The translations under genes and the position numbers were made by a program. The notes below the pieces were generated by a model. It saw only the letters and a program-made list of their open reading frames with translations, was not told where the DNA came from and did not search any database. A stretch of DNA of 64,000 nucleotides. Origin: Octopus sinensis. Taxonomy: Eukaryota. Numbering within the stretch: the first letter of the stretch is position 1; every line of letters begins with the position of its first letter. The stretch lies in NCBI RefSeq assembly GCF_006345805.1, contig NC_043002.1:124001-188000 (forward strand), in the 5' to 3' direction. This document shows, piece by piece, positions 25,925-38,342 of the stretch.

Positions 25925-28900
25925 ATCATCATCATCATCCATTGTCAAAGCCAGCATGGGTTGGATGGTTTGACCAGGGCTGTCAAGCTGGAAGACTGCA
26001 CCAGGATCCAGTCTGATTTGGCATAGTTTCTATTGCTGGATACCCTTCCAACAACATCCACTCCGAAAATGTAATGGATGCTTTTATGTGCCACCAGTGT
26101 GGGTACCATTGTGCAACACCAGTATCTGCCACAACTGCAATTTTACTTGGCTTGATGGGTCTTCTTCTCAAGCAAGACATAATGCCAATGGCCTTTGTCA
26201 TTTATCATTACCTCTGTGAGACCCAACACTTGAAGGATGCTTTTTACATGCTACCACCATGGGTACCAGCTACCTGACACCAGCATCAGCTGCAACTACA
26301 ATCTCCCTTGGATTCGTGGGTCTTCTCCAGCACAGCATATCACCAACGGTCTCAGTCACTTGCCATTGCCTTTGTGAAGCCCAAAGTTCAAAGAACATGC
26401 TTCACTACATCATCTTGTGTCTTCTTGGGTCTTCTTCTTTCACAGGTTCCCTCCACAGCTAGAGATCAGCACTTCTCTACACAGCTGCTTTCATCCACAC
26501 ACATCACATGACCATACCAGCACAGCTGTCTCTTTTGCGCACCACATCTGATGCCTCTTATGCCTAAGTTTTCTCTCAAGATGCTTACACTCTGTCAAAC
26601 ATGCACACTGATATTTCACATCCAGTGAAGCATACTGACTTTATTTCTTTCATTCCTGCACATGCCCTAGGCTGTCACAGCCCATGTTTCTCTGCTGTGT
26701 AGCATAACTGTTTGCACATAGGCATCATATAATCTGCCTTTCACTTTGAGGGAGAGGCCCTTTGTTGCCAGCAGTGGTAAGAGCTCTCTGAACTTTGCCC
26801 AGCCTAATTTTATTCTCACAGCCATGCTCTTGGTGCATCCACCTCCACTACTAACATGGTCACCTAGATAACAGAAGCTATCTACTACCTCTAGCTTACC
26901 CCCACTGGCAGTTGATGGAGTCTATTTCCTGTATATTTTCGGTGTTTATTCTACCTGTGCATCTTCCACACACAAAAGCTATTTTCCCTTTTAACTTTCC
27001 TCTGATATTGCTGCACCTTTTATGTGTCCAAAGCTTACATCAGGTGCATCTTATGGCGTTTCTACCTACACCTTTTCTACAGATCGAGCAGAGCCATCTA
27101 CCTGAAGGGATTTGTGATTTGTCTGCCTTCCTACTTACTAAAACTTTGGTTTTTGCTAGGTTAACTTTAAGGTCCTTCGATTCTAGACCTTGCTTCCATA
27201 TCTGAAACTTTTTCTCTACTTCTGGTAGTGATTCATCTATAAGAACAAGATCATCAGCTTAGTGGAACTCCCAGGAGCAGCCTGTCTTAAATTCATCTGT
27301 TATTGCCTGGAGGACTATGATGAAGAGGGAACTGAGCACCAATCCTTAATGAACCCCTACTTGTACCCTGAATTCTTTGCTGTACTCATTGCCAACCCTC
27401 ACCTTACTAGTAGCATCCATGCACATGGCTTGTACAGCTTTCATCAACCATCCTTCTATCCCTAGTTTCCGCATTGACCACTAGATAATGGATTGGGAGA
27501 CCCTGTCAAAGGCTTTCTCCAAGTCAACAAAAGCCAAGTACAGAGGTTTAGCTTTGACTACGCATTTCTCCTGCAGCTGCCCTTCCAGAAATATAGCATC
27601 AATCAGTTGTGCTCCTGCCTGGCATAAAACCAAACTGAATCTCATCTAGACTAACTCTCTTCCTAATTAGTTGGACTAAGACCCTCTCTGTAACTTTCAT
27701 CACCTGATCCAACCTTTGTAGCAATTGACCATGGTACTGCTGTACCAGTCATTGGGTATGACTCCTTTGTGAATCACCTGATTTACGATGTGGGTGACAA
27801 GACTATAACCCACACTGCCTGATATTTTAAGCACCTCAACAGTGACTCCTGATGGGCCAGTGGCTTTCTCTGTCTTCATATCCTTAATTGCTTTATCTAC
27901 CAAGGTACTGTCAATTCGGGTAGCTGGTTCCTCAATTGGGTTAACATTTGGCAAACTCTCCTCCTCCCATTCATTCTCCACATTCAGCAGTCTTTCATAA
28001 TGGCTTCTCCAAGCCTCTTTCTTTGCAGAATCATTAAATGCAAGTGCGCCATCATCCAGGTGAACACATTTCTCTCCTATGACATCACAATTTTCTCTCA
28101 CACAATTCAAAACACTTCAAGTCTTTGGTACTTTCATCACTGCACATCAGCAAACTTAATTTCTGCTTCTTTCCTGGCTAGATATACCTGTCTCTTAGCT
28201 CTAATGACCTTGTCTACAGCATCATTCCACCACCATATCACCCTAAGTCTGGATAGGACTTTGCACCAGCCACAGATTTGGTCTGTGGCACTCGGCAAGC
28301 TGTCCCACAGGAATTCCCAGTTGTCCTCTATGTCACAACTTTGTAGTTCCTCTTCCTTCTCATCAAATTCTTCAATTAGGATGTCCTTGAATCTCTGACC
28401 ACATGAAGGGTGCTTAAAACCCTTTCCTTACCATATTTCTGTTGAGATGCTCTGTCTCTTTCAATTAATTTTAAATATAACAAGGAATTTAGTAAAATAA
28501 CTTATTTATCATTAAGCTAGTGTTAGGAACACAAATTGTGACTAAGGTTTGGTGGAAGATTTTAATTCAAAATTTATGAAAACAAGACAATTGTACTACA
28601 GAGCCAGAGGTAGTTTCATCTGGGTTGGTATCAAAAGGGTTAAGCTCCCAAATCCTTCTTCTCCAGGTTGGTCTGCTTCTTGGCCTGGAGTCTAAAGTCA
28701 CTAATGACTAGTCTATGCTGGGAAGGGTACATTCTTCACCAGGGCGGGCCTCTCTATTTAGGAGCAACCCTGCATCTCACTGTCTGGTGAGAATGTATTC
28801 AACCTGGCTACTATAGTCACCTGATTGGTAGGTTATCAGGTGGTTGGCTGGTTTCCTGAAGTTGGTATTACAGATCAATAGGTTATTCGCATCACAGAAC

Positions 28901-29260
28901 TCCAGTAGCTTTGTCCCCTCTTTGTTTCAGGAACCAATTCCGTGGCCCCCATGTACACTATGAAGATACCAGGCTGCCGCCTGACATGTCCATTGAAATC
29001 CCCAGCTACAAAGATGAGGTCATTGTCACTTGTCTTTAAGGTAGCTTGCAGAAGCAGATCATAAAAGTGGTCTTTTTGTTCATTTGGTAGGGAGAGGGAC
29101 AGGTAATTGTTGCTATACCATTCTGCAAAACTAGCCTGAACTTAACTACCTCTATTGCTCACTTTAACTACCTCTATGACTTTATCCACCCATTTCTATG
29201 CAAGAAGTATGTGCAGACCACCCACCCCATCACTGTTACCTCCCCAGAAGATCTTACATA
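25925..29260 (-). mobile_element. Decayed RTE-clade LINE (APE, RT, 3' UTR, (GAT)n tail) with internal deletions and a MITE insertion
   Basis: APE motifs near 28650-29260 (EFCDANNLLICNTNFRKP); RT region VDLEKAFDRV and ADDLV near 27250-27520; C-terminal CWYGHVM; shared tail at 25925. Confidence 0.85.
28420..28639. mobile_element. piggyBac-type MITE, second copy, opposite orientation to 23847-24060
   Basis: Internal sequence is the reverse complement of the first copy (tgtgactaaggtttggtggaagat vs atcttccaccaaaccttagtcaca); ends CCCTTT.. and ..AAAGGG-TTAA. Confidence 0.8.
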
Positions 29261-29299
29261 CATGCATTCATACACACATGTATACGTACAGCCATACAT

Positions 29300-30296
29300 A
29301 TGTTAGTAGAAAGCTCCAATATAAGAATAACATTGATCATGAAAGCAGTCTATCATGGACCAGCTGCCAGATTACTGCCTCCCACTTGGAAAGGTATGCA
29401 TTTGCAATCCAGGAACAGGAAGTATCAACCAAGTATTTGATGCACAAAAGGGATAGAGATGCAGGAAAAACAACAAAATGTGACAACCCATGCAGACTTT
29501 GTGGAGTTAACATCGAAGATATCACCCACATCATAAACAATTGTCCGAAAATGTCATCACAGTAATATCTACTGATGACACATGATGTTGTAACTAGAAC
29601 ACTCTATAATGAAATCCATCAGAAGGATATCCCCTTGGACAAAGAAATATGAACTCACAGTATGGTAGAAGCCATAGCAACTCATAATATAAAAAAGCAA
29701 TCCTGGTGGAATGTACAAGTGAAGACCTCAATAAGATGTAAGCACAATAAATCTGATCTAATGATTTGGGATAGAGAAGAGAAACTATGGAAATTAGCTG
29801 CTCAGTGGATGTTAACATAAAGCGGAACATCAGTGAAAAAGAGAATACCTTGGCTGAACTGTTGAGAAATCTACTGTTACTCTATCCAGATTACAAGTTC
29901 AAGTTTATACCCGTAATTATTGGCACCCTGCCAGATTTAACATGTTGCCTAAATACCAATCTTGAGAAATTAGGCTTCTTAAAACCAGAAAGGAGAAAAC
30001 TAATTCAAAGATTACAGATCCAATCCGTCACTGGAACTGTAAAAATCTGTGAAACTTTGCAGAAGTTTATCATTTAAATATATATGAGCTTGTGTCTAGA
30101 TATGCAGGTATATGCATGAGAAGACATACATAAAGCAAAACATACAAATCTCCACATAAACATACATGCAAACAAAAATACCCTGTTCTTGAGGTTGATG
30201 TTGAAATTCCAATGAAGGAGTCTTGGATCTGAAGTTAGAAACCAGCTCTTTTGTCTATTTGCAAGAAATCTTGAAATAAAACTGAATAATGACATA
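29300..30296 (+). mobile_element. 5'-truncated RLE-type non-LTR retrotransposon (CCHC knuckle, RLE, 3' UTR)
   Basis: AFAIQEQEVST...CRLCGVNIEDITHIINNCP...DLMIWDREEK..EISCSVDVNI...EKENT...FIPVIIG; same family as 4640-5054. Confidence 0.85.
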
Positions 30297-30531
30297 CCTC
30301 CCTCCCTCCCTCTCTTTCTTTCCTTCCTTCCTTCCTCCCCACTCCCTCCCTTCCTTCCTTCCCTCCCTCCCTCCCTTCCTTCCTCCCTCCCTTCCTTCCT
30401 TCCCTCCCTTCCTTCCTCCCTTCCCTCCCTCCCTTCCTTCCCTCCCTCCCTTCCTTCCTCCCTCCCCTCCTTCCTTCCTTCCTTCCTTCCTTCCTTCCTC
30501 CTTCCTTCCTTCCTTCCTTCCCTTTCTTTCC
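30297..30531 (+). repeat. (CCTT/CCCT)n polypyrimidine microsatellite
   Basis: Directly visible. Confidence 0.95.
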
Positions 30532-31439
30532 AGATATGAAATTGTTTATGTTATCTACATCCCAAAGATGGAGCCTTGTATCTTTGTTGGAAACCAGTTC
30601 CTTCCTCAATGGAAGATCTATAATAATTAAAAGAGAGAAGAATCATACATTCATCTTTTGCAAGTTTGTGTTGCCTGTAGAAAAAAAACACCAAGTGCTG
30701 CAATCATCAGTGGAGTGGCGTGCTTCACCGAGATTTTGGCCCCTTATGCTCAGTATCTCTGCACACGGTGGGCCCACAACAGCTGGACGTATTGCGTTGT
30801 AACCGGACTCATTTTGGTCTTATACGCTTTCACAAACCTCCTTGTCTCTACGTTGAAACACATACATAAAAATCACTATATGTATTGTATATATAGCTAT
30901 GGTTGTTTGTTGAGGTTTGTGTTCTGTTGTATTGACTTGCACTTCAAATTCACACGTTTTTAATGAAAACTTGTTAGTTACTATTGTGATAACAGTCCCT
31001 GTCTGTCTGTTTCTCTATCTATTTACCTATCTCTTTATTCATCTATCTTTCTCTCTCTCACACCTTTTCTCCTCCCCTTCTTTTATTCAAAGTGAAAGTC
31101 TTTTTTAAAGTCTATTGCATTTTCTGTGTTGAAAGACACAGAAACACACACAAACAACCAAAAAAAACTATATATATTTTAAAACTTGTTAATTATAATC
31201 TTTCTCACCTTCTATCTGTCTATTTCACTATCTATCTTTCTCATGCACACACACACACACACACACATTCTCTCTCTCTCTTATTCTCATGCACACATTA
31301 TTCCTCTCTCAACAACTTTTTCTGCCCACCTGCTTCTAAAAATACAATGTGATATATATTTTGATTCCCCCCCCCCATCTTCTCCTACCCCCTTTATAGA
31401 TATTGTGATGGACAGAGAGACACAGAGGTTGGCTTTTCT

Positions 31440-32560
31440 TTTATAATATATAATAATATTACATTGTCAGCCTTCCTACTTACTAAGACTTTGGTTTTTG
31501 CTAGGTTAATCCTAAGGCCCTTTGATTCTAGACCTTGCTTCCACACCCTAAACATCATCTCTAATTCTGGCAGTGACTTGGCTATTAGATTAAGGTCGTC
31601 AGCATAGATAAGCACCCAGGGGCTCCCTGTCTTGAATTCCTGTGTTATTGCCTGGAAGACTATAATCAATAAGATGGAGCTGAGGACTGATCCTTGGTGA
31701 ACCCCTACTTCTACTCGGAATTCTTCACTATACTCATTGCCAACCCTCACTTTAATGGTAGTGTCCCTGTACAAGGCTTGTGCAGCTCTTACCAACCACT
31801 CATCTATCCCCAGTTTCCATATTGACCACCAGATAAGTGATCAGGGGACCCTGTCAAAGGCTTTTCCAAGTCAACAGAAGCCATGTACACAGGTTTATCT
31901 TTGGCTAGGTATTTATCCTGCAGCTGCTTTACCAGAAATATAGCATCATTGGTACTTCTGCCTGACAAAACCAAACTGCATCTCATCTAGGCTAACTCTC
32001 TCCCTAATTAGTTGGGCTATGACCCTCTCTGTAACTTTCATCACCTAATCCAATAATTTGATACCCCTGTAGTTATTTCTATCTAAAGCATCACCTTTCC
32101 CCTTGTAGTAGTTGACTATGGTGCTGCTACACCAGTCATTGGGTATGACTCCTTCATGAACTACCTGATTTATGATGCCGGTGACAAGACCATAACCCAC
32201 ACTGCCAGATATTTTAAGCATCTCAGCAGTGATTCCTGATGGGCAAAGTGCTTTCCCTATTTTCATATCCTTAATTGTTTTATCTACCTGGGTACTGTCA
32301 ATTCAGGTAGCTGGACCCTCTGCTGGGTCAACTCTTAACAGACTCTCCTCCTCCCACTCATTCTCCACATTCAGCAGTCTTTCATAATGGCATCTCCAAG
32401 CCTCTTTCTTTGCAGACTCATTTAAAGCAAGTGTACCATCATCCATGCAGACACATTTCTTTCCTATGACATCACGGTTTTCTCTCACACACCACCTTGC
32501 AATCCGAAATACTTCAGTTCTTTGTTCCTCACGTCACTGAACATTAGCAAACTTCTTTTC
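31440..32560 (-). mobile_element. RTE-clade LINE RT fragment, same family as 25925-29260
   Basis: VGVHQGSVLSSIL...LIYADDL; NYRGIKLLD; ASVDLEK; closely similar to 27100-28150. Confidence 0.9.
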
Positions 32561-32576
32561 TGCTACTCCCTTATAC

Positions 32577-33518
32577 ATGCTCCGATGGATGTGTAATGTC
32601 AGTGTGCATACTCGACAGAGTGTTAGTACCTTGAGAGAAATGTTGGACCTAAGAAGCATCAGCTGTGGTGTGCAAGAGAGACGATTGCGCTGGTGTGGTC
32701 ATGTGGCGAGAATGGATGAAGATAGGTGTGTGAAAAAGTGCCAATCCCTAGCAGTTGAGGGAACCCGTGGAAGAGGTAGACCCAGGAAAACCTGGGCAAT
32801 GACCAGCGTCCGAGACCTTTGGAAATATGCTGTGCATGAGAAGACCAGGCAGGACAAGTGAGTCCAGCCCACTTATGCATACCTTTCCTCCCTTGGATAC
32901 ACAAAGACCTGTTGAGGCAAGCGAAGTCGAAATCGGACCACATCCGACGACAGGCACCCGTGCCAACCCCACTTCATTGGACACTAAACTCTGCTTGTGA
33001 AGACCTGTTGGGGCAAGTGAAATCAGAATCGAAATTGAACCAATCCTATGGCTGGCACCCAGCAGTTGCCAGGACCGCTGGACTGACTCCCATGCAGGTG
33101 GCAAGTGAATAAACACCATTTCGACCCTGTGCTTGAGGAGATCCATTGAGTCAAGTAAGCGCTATCCGAATCGTGGCCGATGCCAGCGTCGTCTCGACTG
33201 GCTTCTGTGCTGGTGGCACGTAAGAAGCACCATCCGAATTGTGGTCTATGCCAGTGCTGCCTCGACTGGCTTCCATGCCGGTGGCACATAAAAAGCACTA
33301 ACCGATCATGGCCATTTCCAGCCTCCCCTGGCACTTGTGCCAGTGACACGTAAAAAGTACCCACTACACTCACAGAGTGGTTGGCGTTAGGAAGAGCATC
33401 CAGCTATAGAAACACTGCCAGATCAAACCGGAGCCTGGTGCAGCCTCCTGGCTTCCCAAACCCCGGTTGAACCATTCAACCCTTGCTAGCATGGAAAACA
33501 GGCGTTAAACGATGATGA
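32577..33518 (+). mobile_element. 5'-truncated RTE LINE: ORF C-terminus, 3' UTR subrepeats and (GAT)n tail
   Basis: MLRWMCNVSVH...ERRLRWCGHVARMDEDRCVKKC..VEGTRGRGRPRKTW; tail ggcgttaaacgatgatg. Confidence 0.9.
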
Positions 33519-33830
33519 CATACATGCATATATATATATATATATACATACACACACACACACATATATACATACATACAAGTGTTTTTTATTCTCTCTC
33601 TGTTTATTTCCTCGTGTTTCTTTTGTTGAAGAGCATAAGCTCGAAATATAAAAGACTTTTTCACTTTCTTGAATGTCAAACCAATACACCTGCTTGTTGT
33701 TTATATACCTGTCTTCATCTTTTGTTTTTCTGTAAATTTCAACTGTGTGTGTGTGAAGAAGGGTGGGGAAAAATAATTTCTGTTAGATGTTTCAAAGTAT
33801 TAATTTCCAAGAGGAGATATGACACCTGCT

Positions 33831-33962
33831 TGTATATGCCCTTTATTGTATATGCCCTTTATTGTATATGCCCTTTATTGTATATGCCCTTTATTGTATA
33901 TGCCCTTTATTGTATATGCCCTTTATTGTATATGCCCTTTATTGTATATGTCCTTTATTGTA
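33831..33962 (+). repeat. 16-bp tandem repeat, ~8 copies
   Basis: Unit tgtatatgccctttat with occasional extra T. Confidence 0.95.
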
Positions 33963-34338
33963 AAATTTGTTTTATAACGAGCATTTCATTTCTTCAGGAT
34001 TGATAAGATTGGCCGTGATTAAAGAATCAAAATGTTTTAAAAAGCATTATTCAGAGCAACATTGTCTTATTTGATTTTTCAGCAACCCAATATATACTCA
34101 AACACAGGAGTGGACAACCAATCATATGAACCAGATGTATAAATATTTCCACCAACAGAGACGGTAGATTTACACCCAACAGGATTCTAAAATTGTCTTC
34201 TTCACTCAAATTATGGAGTTTATAAAGAATTACAAATATATTATTGAACAATAATCATCACATTTTGAACTTTTTTTTACACCTGATTTCAAATATTTTT
34301 ATGCAAATCATTTTCCTACAGTCAGAATATTGACTACT

Positions 34339-34463
34339 TTACACACACACACACACACCACACACACACACACACACACCACACACACACACACTCACTC
34401 TCACACACGCACACACTCTCACACACACACTCACACACACTGCCTCATATATATTTATATACA

Positions 34464-34507
<44 letters not shown>

Positions 34508-34543
34508 TATATACCCATATTTATATGTGTATATATGTAAAAA

Positions 34544-34582
<39 letters not shown>
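34339..34582. repeat. Compound (CA)n/(TA)n/(TG)n microsatellite
   Basis: Directly visible. Confidence 0.9.
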
Positions 34583-35357
34583 ATACATAGCAGTGTGTGT
34601 TTGGGTTTGGCAACTGTGTAATGGAATTCCTGCCAGTGTTTTACACTGTATCTGAATGGATGTGAAGTCAATGTCAGTTCTTAGTTCTTCATGCAATCAC
34701 AATATTGTGACTTTCTAATATTCTTAAACATGCTCTATATGCAGATTAAAACCTTAATGGAATGGGTGGGGGGATCGTTTCTAATTTGTCTCCTATGTAA
34801 TTTGATATTGCTGTGTGTTATCTAGAGCTAATGCTCAAACATTTTCACTAACATTCAGTTAAGTGTGAACTATTAGCAGAATCACCTATCATGCTTTCCC
34901 ACTCACTTGGACACACAGACAGATGCTTTTCTAAAGAAATAAAACTTAGTTATTTCTTTTTTAAAGCTTGTTTCTACTTTAGTAATAAATAAATCAGGAT
35001 ATTAATTGAAGTGATTTAGAATGTCATTATGTGTGTGTGTGTGTGTGTACATATCTCAGAAAATAATAAATAGATAATTTAGAACAACTAGCACATGAAT
35101 TTTATACATAAATCTGATGAGTTGATATTTTTGCAATATTAGTATGTATCATTACACATTATGTAATAATAATATAACAATAATCTTTTGATGAAAAATC
35201 AAAGAAACAATCATAAAATTATGTAATAAAATGAACTGCTCACTCCATTGTTCTTCTCGTTAATGATAATATTTGAGAAGTCAACCATATGGAATATGCT
35301 CTTTAAGGTGTAGGAAGAAATGCTGCATTTTTTCTTCTTTCTAAACATTTCAAATTT

Positions 35358-35429
35358 CAGTTGCTGATGAAATAAGGGATGTTTATTATATAAATAGATA
35401 AGTCCATTATGGAAACATATGTACAATGG
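35358..35429 (+). ncRNA. Candidate minimal type I hammerhead ribozyme (canonical C3-G8 core)
   Basis: Stem I CA(G)TTG/CAATG; core CTGATGA 35364-35370; long imperfect stem II; GAAA 35412-35415; palindromic stem III ACATATGT; triplet GTA (A35423). Confidence 0.55.
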
Positions 35430-36189
35430 TTATTTAAAGAAATCCTTTCAAATATTATATTCTATTAGATGCATCTACAAATATATGTATTCACACACAC
35501 ACATACACACACACACACACACATATTAATTAAAGACACAATTGTGTGCCAGTTTAATCTGTTTAATTACAAATTTATTATATTTAGTTATTAGCTTTTT
35601 GTAGTTGGTTTGAAATAATAAAATTTCGAAACCCATCTTCATCATTTCCAGACCTGCAAACTCACGTAATCGAGATTTAGCATTTGTGTTGCTCCTTGAA
35701 TATGAAGTGTAACGACTCATGTGGAAAGTGAAAAGTCTTTAGTGGAAAAGTTTACCAAAATTTAACCATTCTATAAGAAAGAATCCATTTGTATTCTTGA
35801 AGATGTGACTCTGATGTTCTTGAAATGTTAAATCTGGATGTAGGAACTTTTTTGTTCCAAACTGACAAGAAACTGATTTGAAAATAGGAAAAACAATGAG
35901 AAAGGTAAAACTGAAAATGGTCAAATTTTTAACAAATCATTTTAAAAGAAAAGCTGTCCACCAGACAGACAATATATACATGTGTGTGTGTGTGTGTAGT
36001 TTACAGATCCAATAGAGTTAGAATCAACCAAAAAAGTACTCCATTCAATAAATATCAATTTAAATACACAATCAAAATAGCTGTTTTTTTCTTATTTTCT
36101 TTCTATCCAGCATCCTTGTCTTTAGAATATAACACTTAAACATTTCCTTGTCTCTAGGCTAAACTGATAATAACCATTCCCACTTCTGT

Positions 36190-36940
36190 ATTTTACTTAT
36201 GAATGCATTTTCAATAATACATGGTTAGTAAAAACCTATTTCATGTTTACAAACAAATAATTTTTTCTTATTGATGACAGTGTTCTTCATCCCTGGGTCT
36301 TCAGATTTGATAGGTGCTAAGATCTTGTCCTTATTATGTACAATTCTTGATACAGTTGTCCGACTCATTCCAAAAGACCGTGCAATTGCTACCACTTTTT
36401 CACCTTTTTCATGGCATTCTATCATATCCAGTTTATCTTCCAGCATTATAGCATGATGCTTAGCACTTATTCTATGAATTGTCTTAGGAGCCATGGGGGC
36501 AAAAAAATAAAGTCACAAATGAATGAGAATGTGAAAGTAGCTGATAAACAGACGTAGACAAATCTGAATTGAAAACAATCACAGGAATCACGAGTGACAA
36601 CGATGCCTAATGATAGATATTGGAACTACAGGGCAACATGAGATCCAAAAGACCAATAAGACAACACAGCTGATTTCATGATTTCATTCACTAAGCTACG
36701 CTACTTTATGGTGTGTATCTTAACATTTACTATACGTATTTTAATATGATTCTATATGCTTTTATTCTTGTTTATTGTACAGTAACGTGATTTTATGTGC
36801 CTTTAATGGTTTTCTAGTGATTTTACGATTCCAATATTTGTGGCGGACAGACGTGAAATCGAGCGAAATGACTTGACTTGATTTTTATTTTTCCACCGAG
36901 AACAACTTAAATTGAAATGACTTAAGCTGAGGTACGCCTC
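36190..36940 (-). mobile_element. Tigger/pogo-type DNA transposon deletion derivative (5' end plus N-terminal CENP-B-like HTH)
   Basis: ORF 36225-36494 MAPK...LEDKLDMIECHEKGEKVVAIARSFGMSRTTVSRIVHNKDKI; left end TA-GAGGCGTACCTC at 36940 resembles the Tigger TIR CAGGCATACCTC; right TIR not found. Confidence 0.75.
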
Positions 36941-37014
36941 TATGTGTATGTGTGTGTGTGTGTTTATATATGTATATATATAAATTAACTATTGATTAAC
37001 CATCTTCTCACACC

Positions 37015-37062
37015 GTCTCTGATGAAGGGATATAATAAATATCCTAGAAACAGCTGTAAGAC
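37015..37062 (+). ncRNA. Candidate minimal type I hammerhead ribozyme (canonical C3-G8 core)
   Basis: GTCT-CTGATGA-A-GGGATAT(AATAA)ATATCCT-A-GAA-ACAGCTGT-A-AGAC: stem I GTCT/AGAC, 7-bp stem II, palindromic stem III, triplet GTA. Confidence 0.65.
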
Positions 37063-37289
37063 CTTCTATTTATAAATGTTCTAAAATCTTCAGTCTTGGT
37101 ATTTTATCTCACTACAGGAAAAAAAAAGTTTTTATATATACATGCTGATATATGACCTACATTGGACCCTTTATTCACATAATCACCAAACCTAGAACTC
37201 AACTATGGTCTGTCCATAACACTTATTCAGCATTACCTGACACCATTACCTCTCAAAACTCATATATATATATATATATAACTTTGATA

Positions 37290-38020
37290 GGTTTTGGCCA
37301 GTATAGGCCCAGGCCATGTCTAACTCAGTAGCACCACCTGGTGAAGTTTTTTAGTCATATATGGGGCATCTTGGCCCCCTCTAGCAAAGAGTTATTATTG
37401 TTGGAGACATATCTGAGTGTAGGAGGTTGGTCCAGGATTTTTTGAAGAAATTCGTCCAGTGTACATTTGAATTTTATGGGATCCATTTCTGTTTTGATGT
37501 ATTTTGGTATTAAAGAGAACTAGACTGATTGAGGTAAAGTTATTGTGACGTAATGTTGCTATGTGTACCGAGTTCGATTTTTGTAGTGGGCAGATAGCAT
37601 GGGGGGCCAAGTCTTGGATGGATTTTAGAATTGATGCCAACATCATTTGTGCAATATTGATGGAATATTTTCCACATAACACAAATGATGTAGCACTCCC
37701 GGCGGGGTTGGAGAGATTGAGATTTTTTAGTTGAGCCAAATAATCACTGCTTCTCCTGCAGTCTCTCTTGTCATTGACCTTTGGAGTGCTTCTATTGTCA
37801 TGAGTTACTTTGCATGGCGGCACCACAGTGAGTAACAGTAGTAAAGGGGGGGGGGGGTCAGGCAAAAGTAGAGAAGGGAAGGATAATGGTGTAGGCATCT
37901 CTAGACCGGATAGTTTTCAGAATCCAGGAGCACATCTTGCTGGCCAAATCAACCTTGCTGTTTACGTGAGAACCCCAGCTTAGATTATTATCAACAATTA
38001 CTCCAAGATCTCTGATATTA
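37290..38020 (-). mobile_element. CR1/L2-group LINE 3' fragment, decayed
   Basis: IRDLGVIVDNNLSWGSHV...; RRECYIICVMWKI; RHNNFTSISLVLFN; KFKCTLDEFLQKILDQP..NNSL are typical CR1-group C-terminal motifs. Confidence 0.75.
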
Positions 38021-38195
38021 TGCATATATATATATATACACGCACACATATATATATTATGGAGATGTACTTGCATAGCAAGTGACCTGATCTGAGATTC
38101 TGTGCTGAAACAAAAACAATTGTAGCATGGAAGGTGTTTGTAAGCCATTTAAAAACACACAAAACCATTAGATTCACTTCAACATTTAAATTGAA

Positions 38196-38247
38196 TTTGC
38201 CAAAATATTTTTGTTGCTTTGAAAATTGCAACCTGTTCACTGACAAA
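38196..38247 (-). ncRNA. Degenerate minimal hammerhead, G3-C8 variant (G12 mutated to A)
   Basis: Minus strand TTTGTCA-GTGAACA-G-GTTGC(10 nt)GCAAC-AAA-AATATT-T-TGGCAAA. Confidence 0.45.
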
Positions 38248-38295
38248 ATTCCGTGCTGCATCTGAGAAAGTAACAGTTCATGAACTAACCGTTAC

Positions 38296-38342
38296 TGTCA
38301 GTGAACAGGTTGCAGTTTCAAAGTGACGAAAATATTTTAACA
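38296..38342 (+). ncRNA. Candidate minimal hammerhead, G3-C8 variant
   Basis: TGTCA-GTGAACA-G-GTTGC(9 nt)GTGAC-GAA-AATATT-T-TAACA; palindromic stem III AATATT; one stem I mismatch. Confidence 0.55.

Noticed and set aside
30235-30609. Minus ORF rich in KEGR/GGRK
   Set aside because: Mostly translation of the (GGAA)n microsatellite running into the RLE element's 3' UTR.
33995-34056. TTGATAA core with GATT/AATC stem (U3-A8-like)
   Set aside because: G12 absent and stem I/III registers inconsistent in AT-rich sequence; compatible with chance.
33791-34335. Short phase-0 terminal-exon candidates for the EGF-TM gene (MFQSINFQEEI*, D*, SEY*)
   Set aside because: Several acceptors fit equally well and none has supporting coding signal; cannot be chosen without transcripts.
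35652-35712. Plus-strand terminal exon ending EYEV* (PDZ-ligand-like)
   Set aside because: Needs phase 2, but exon D ends in phase 0 and no bridging exon was found; likely chance.
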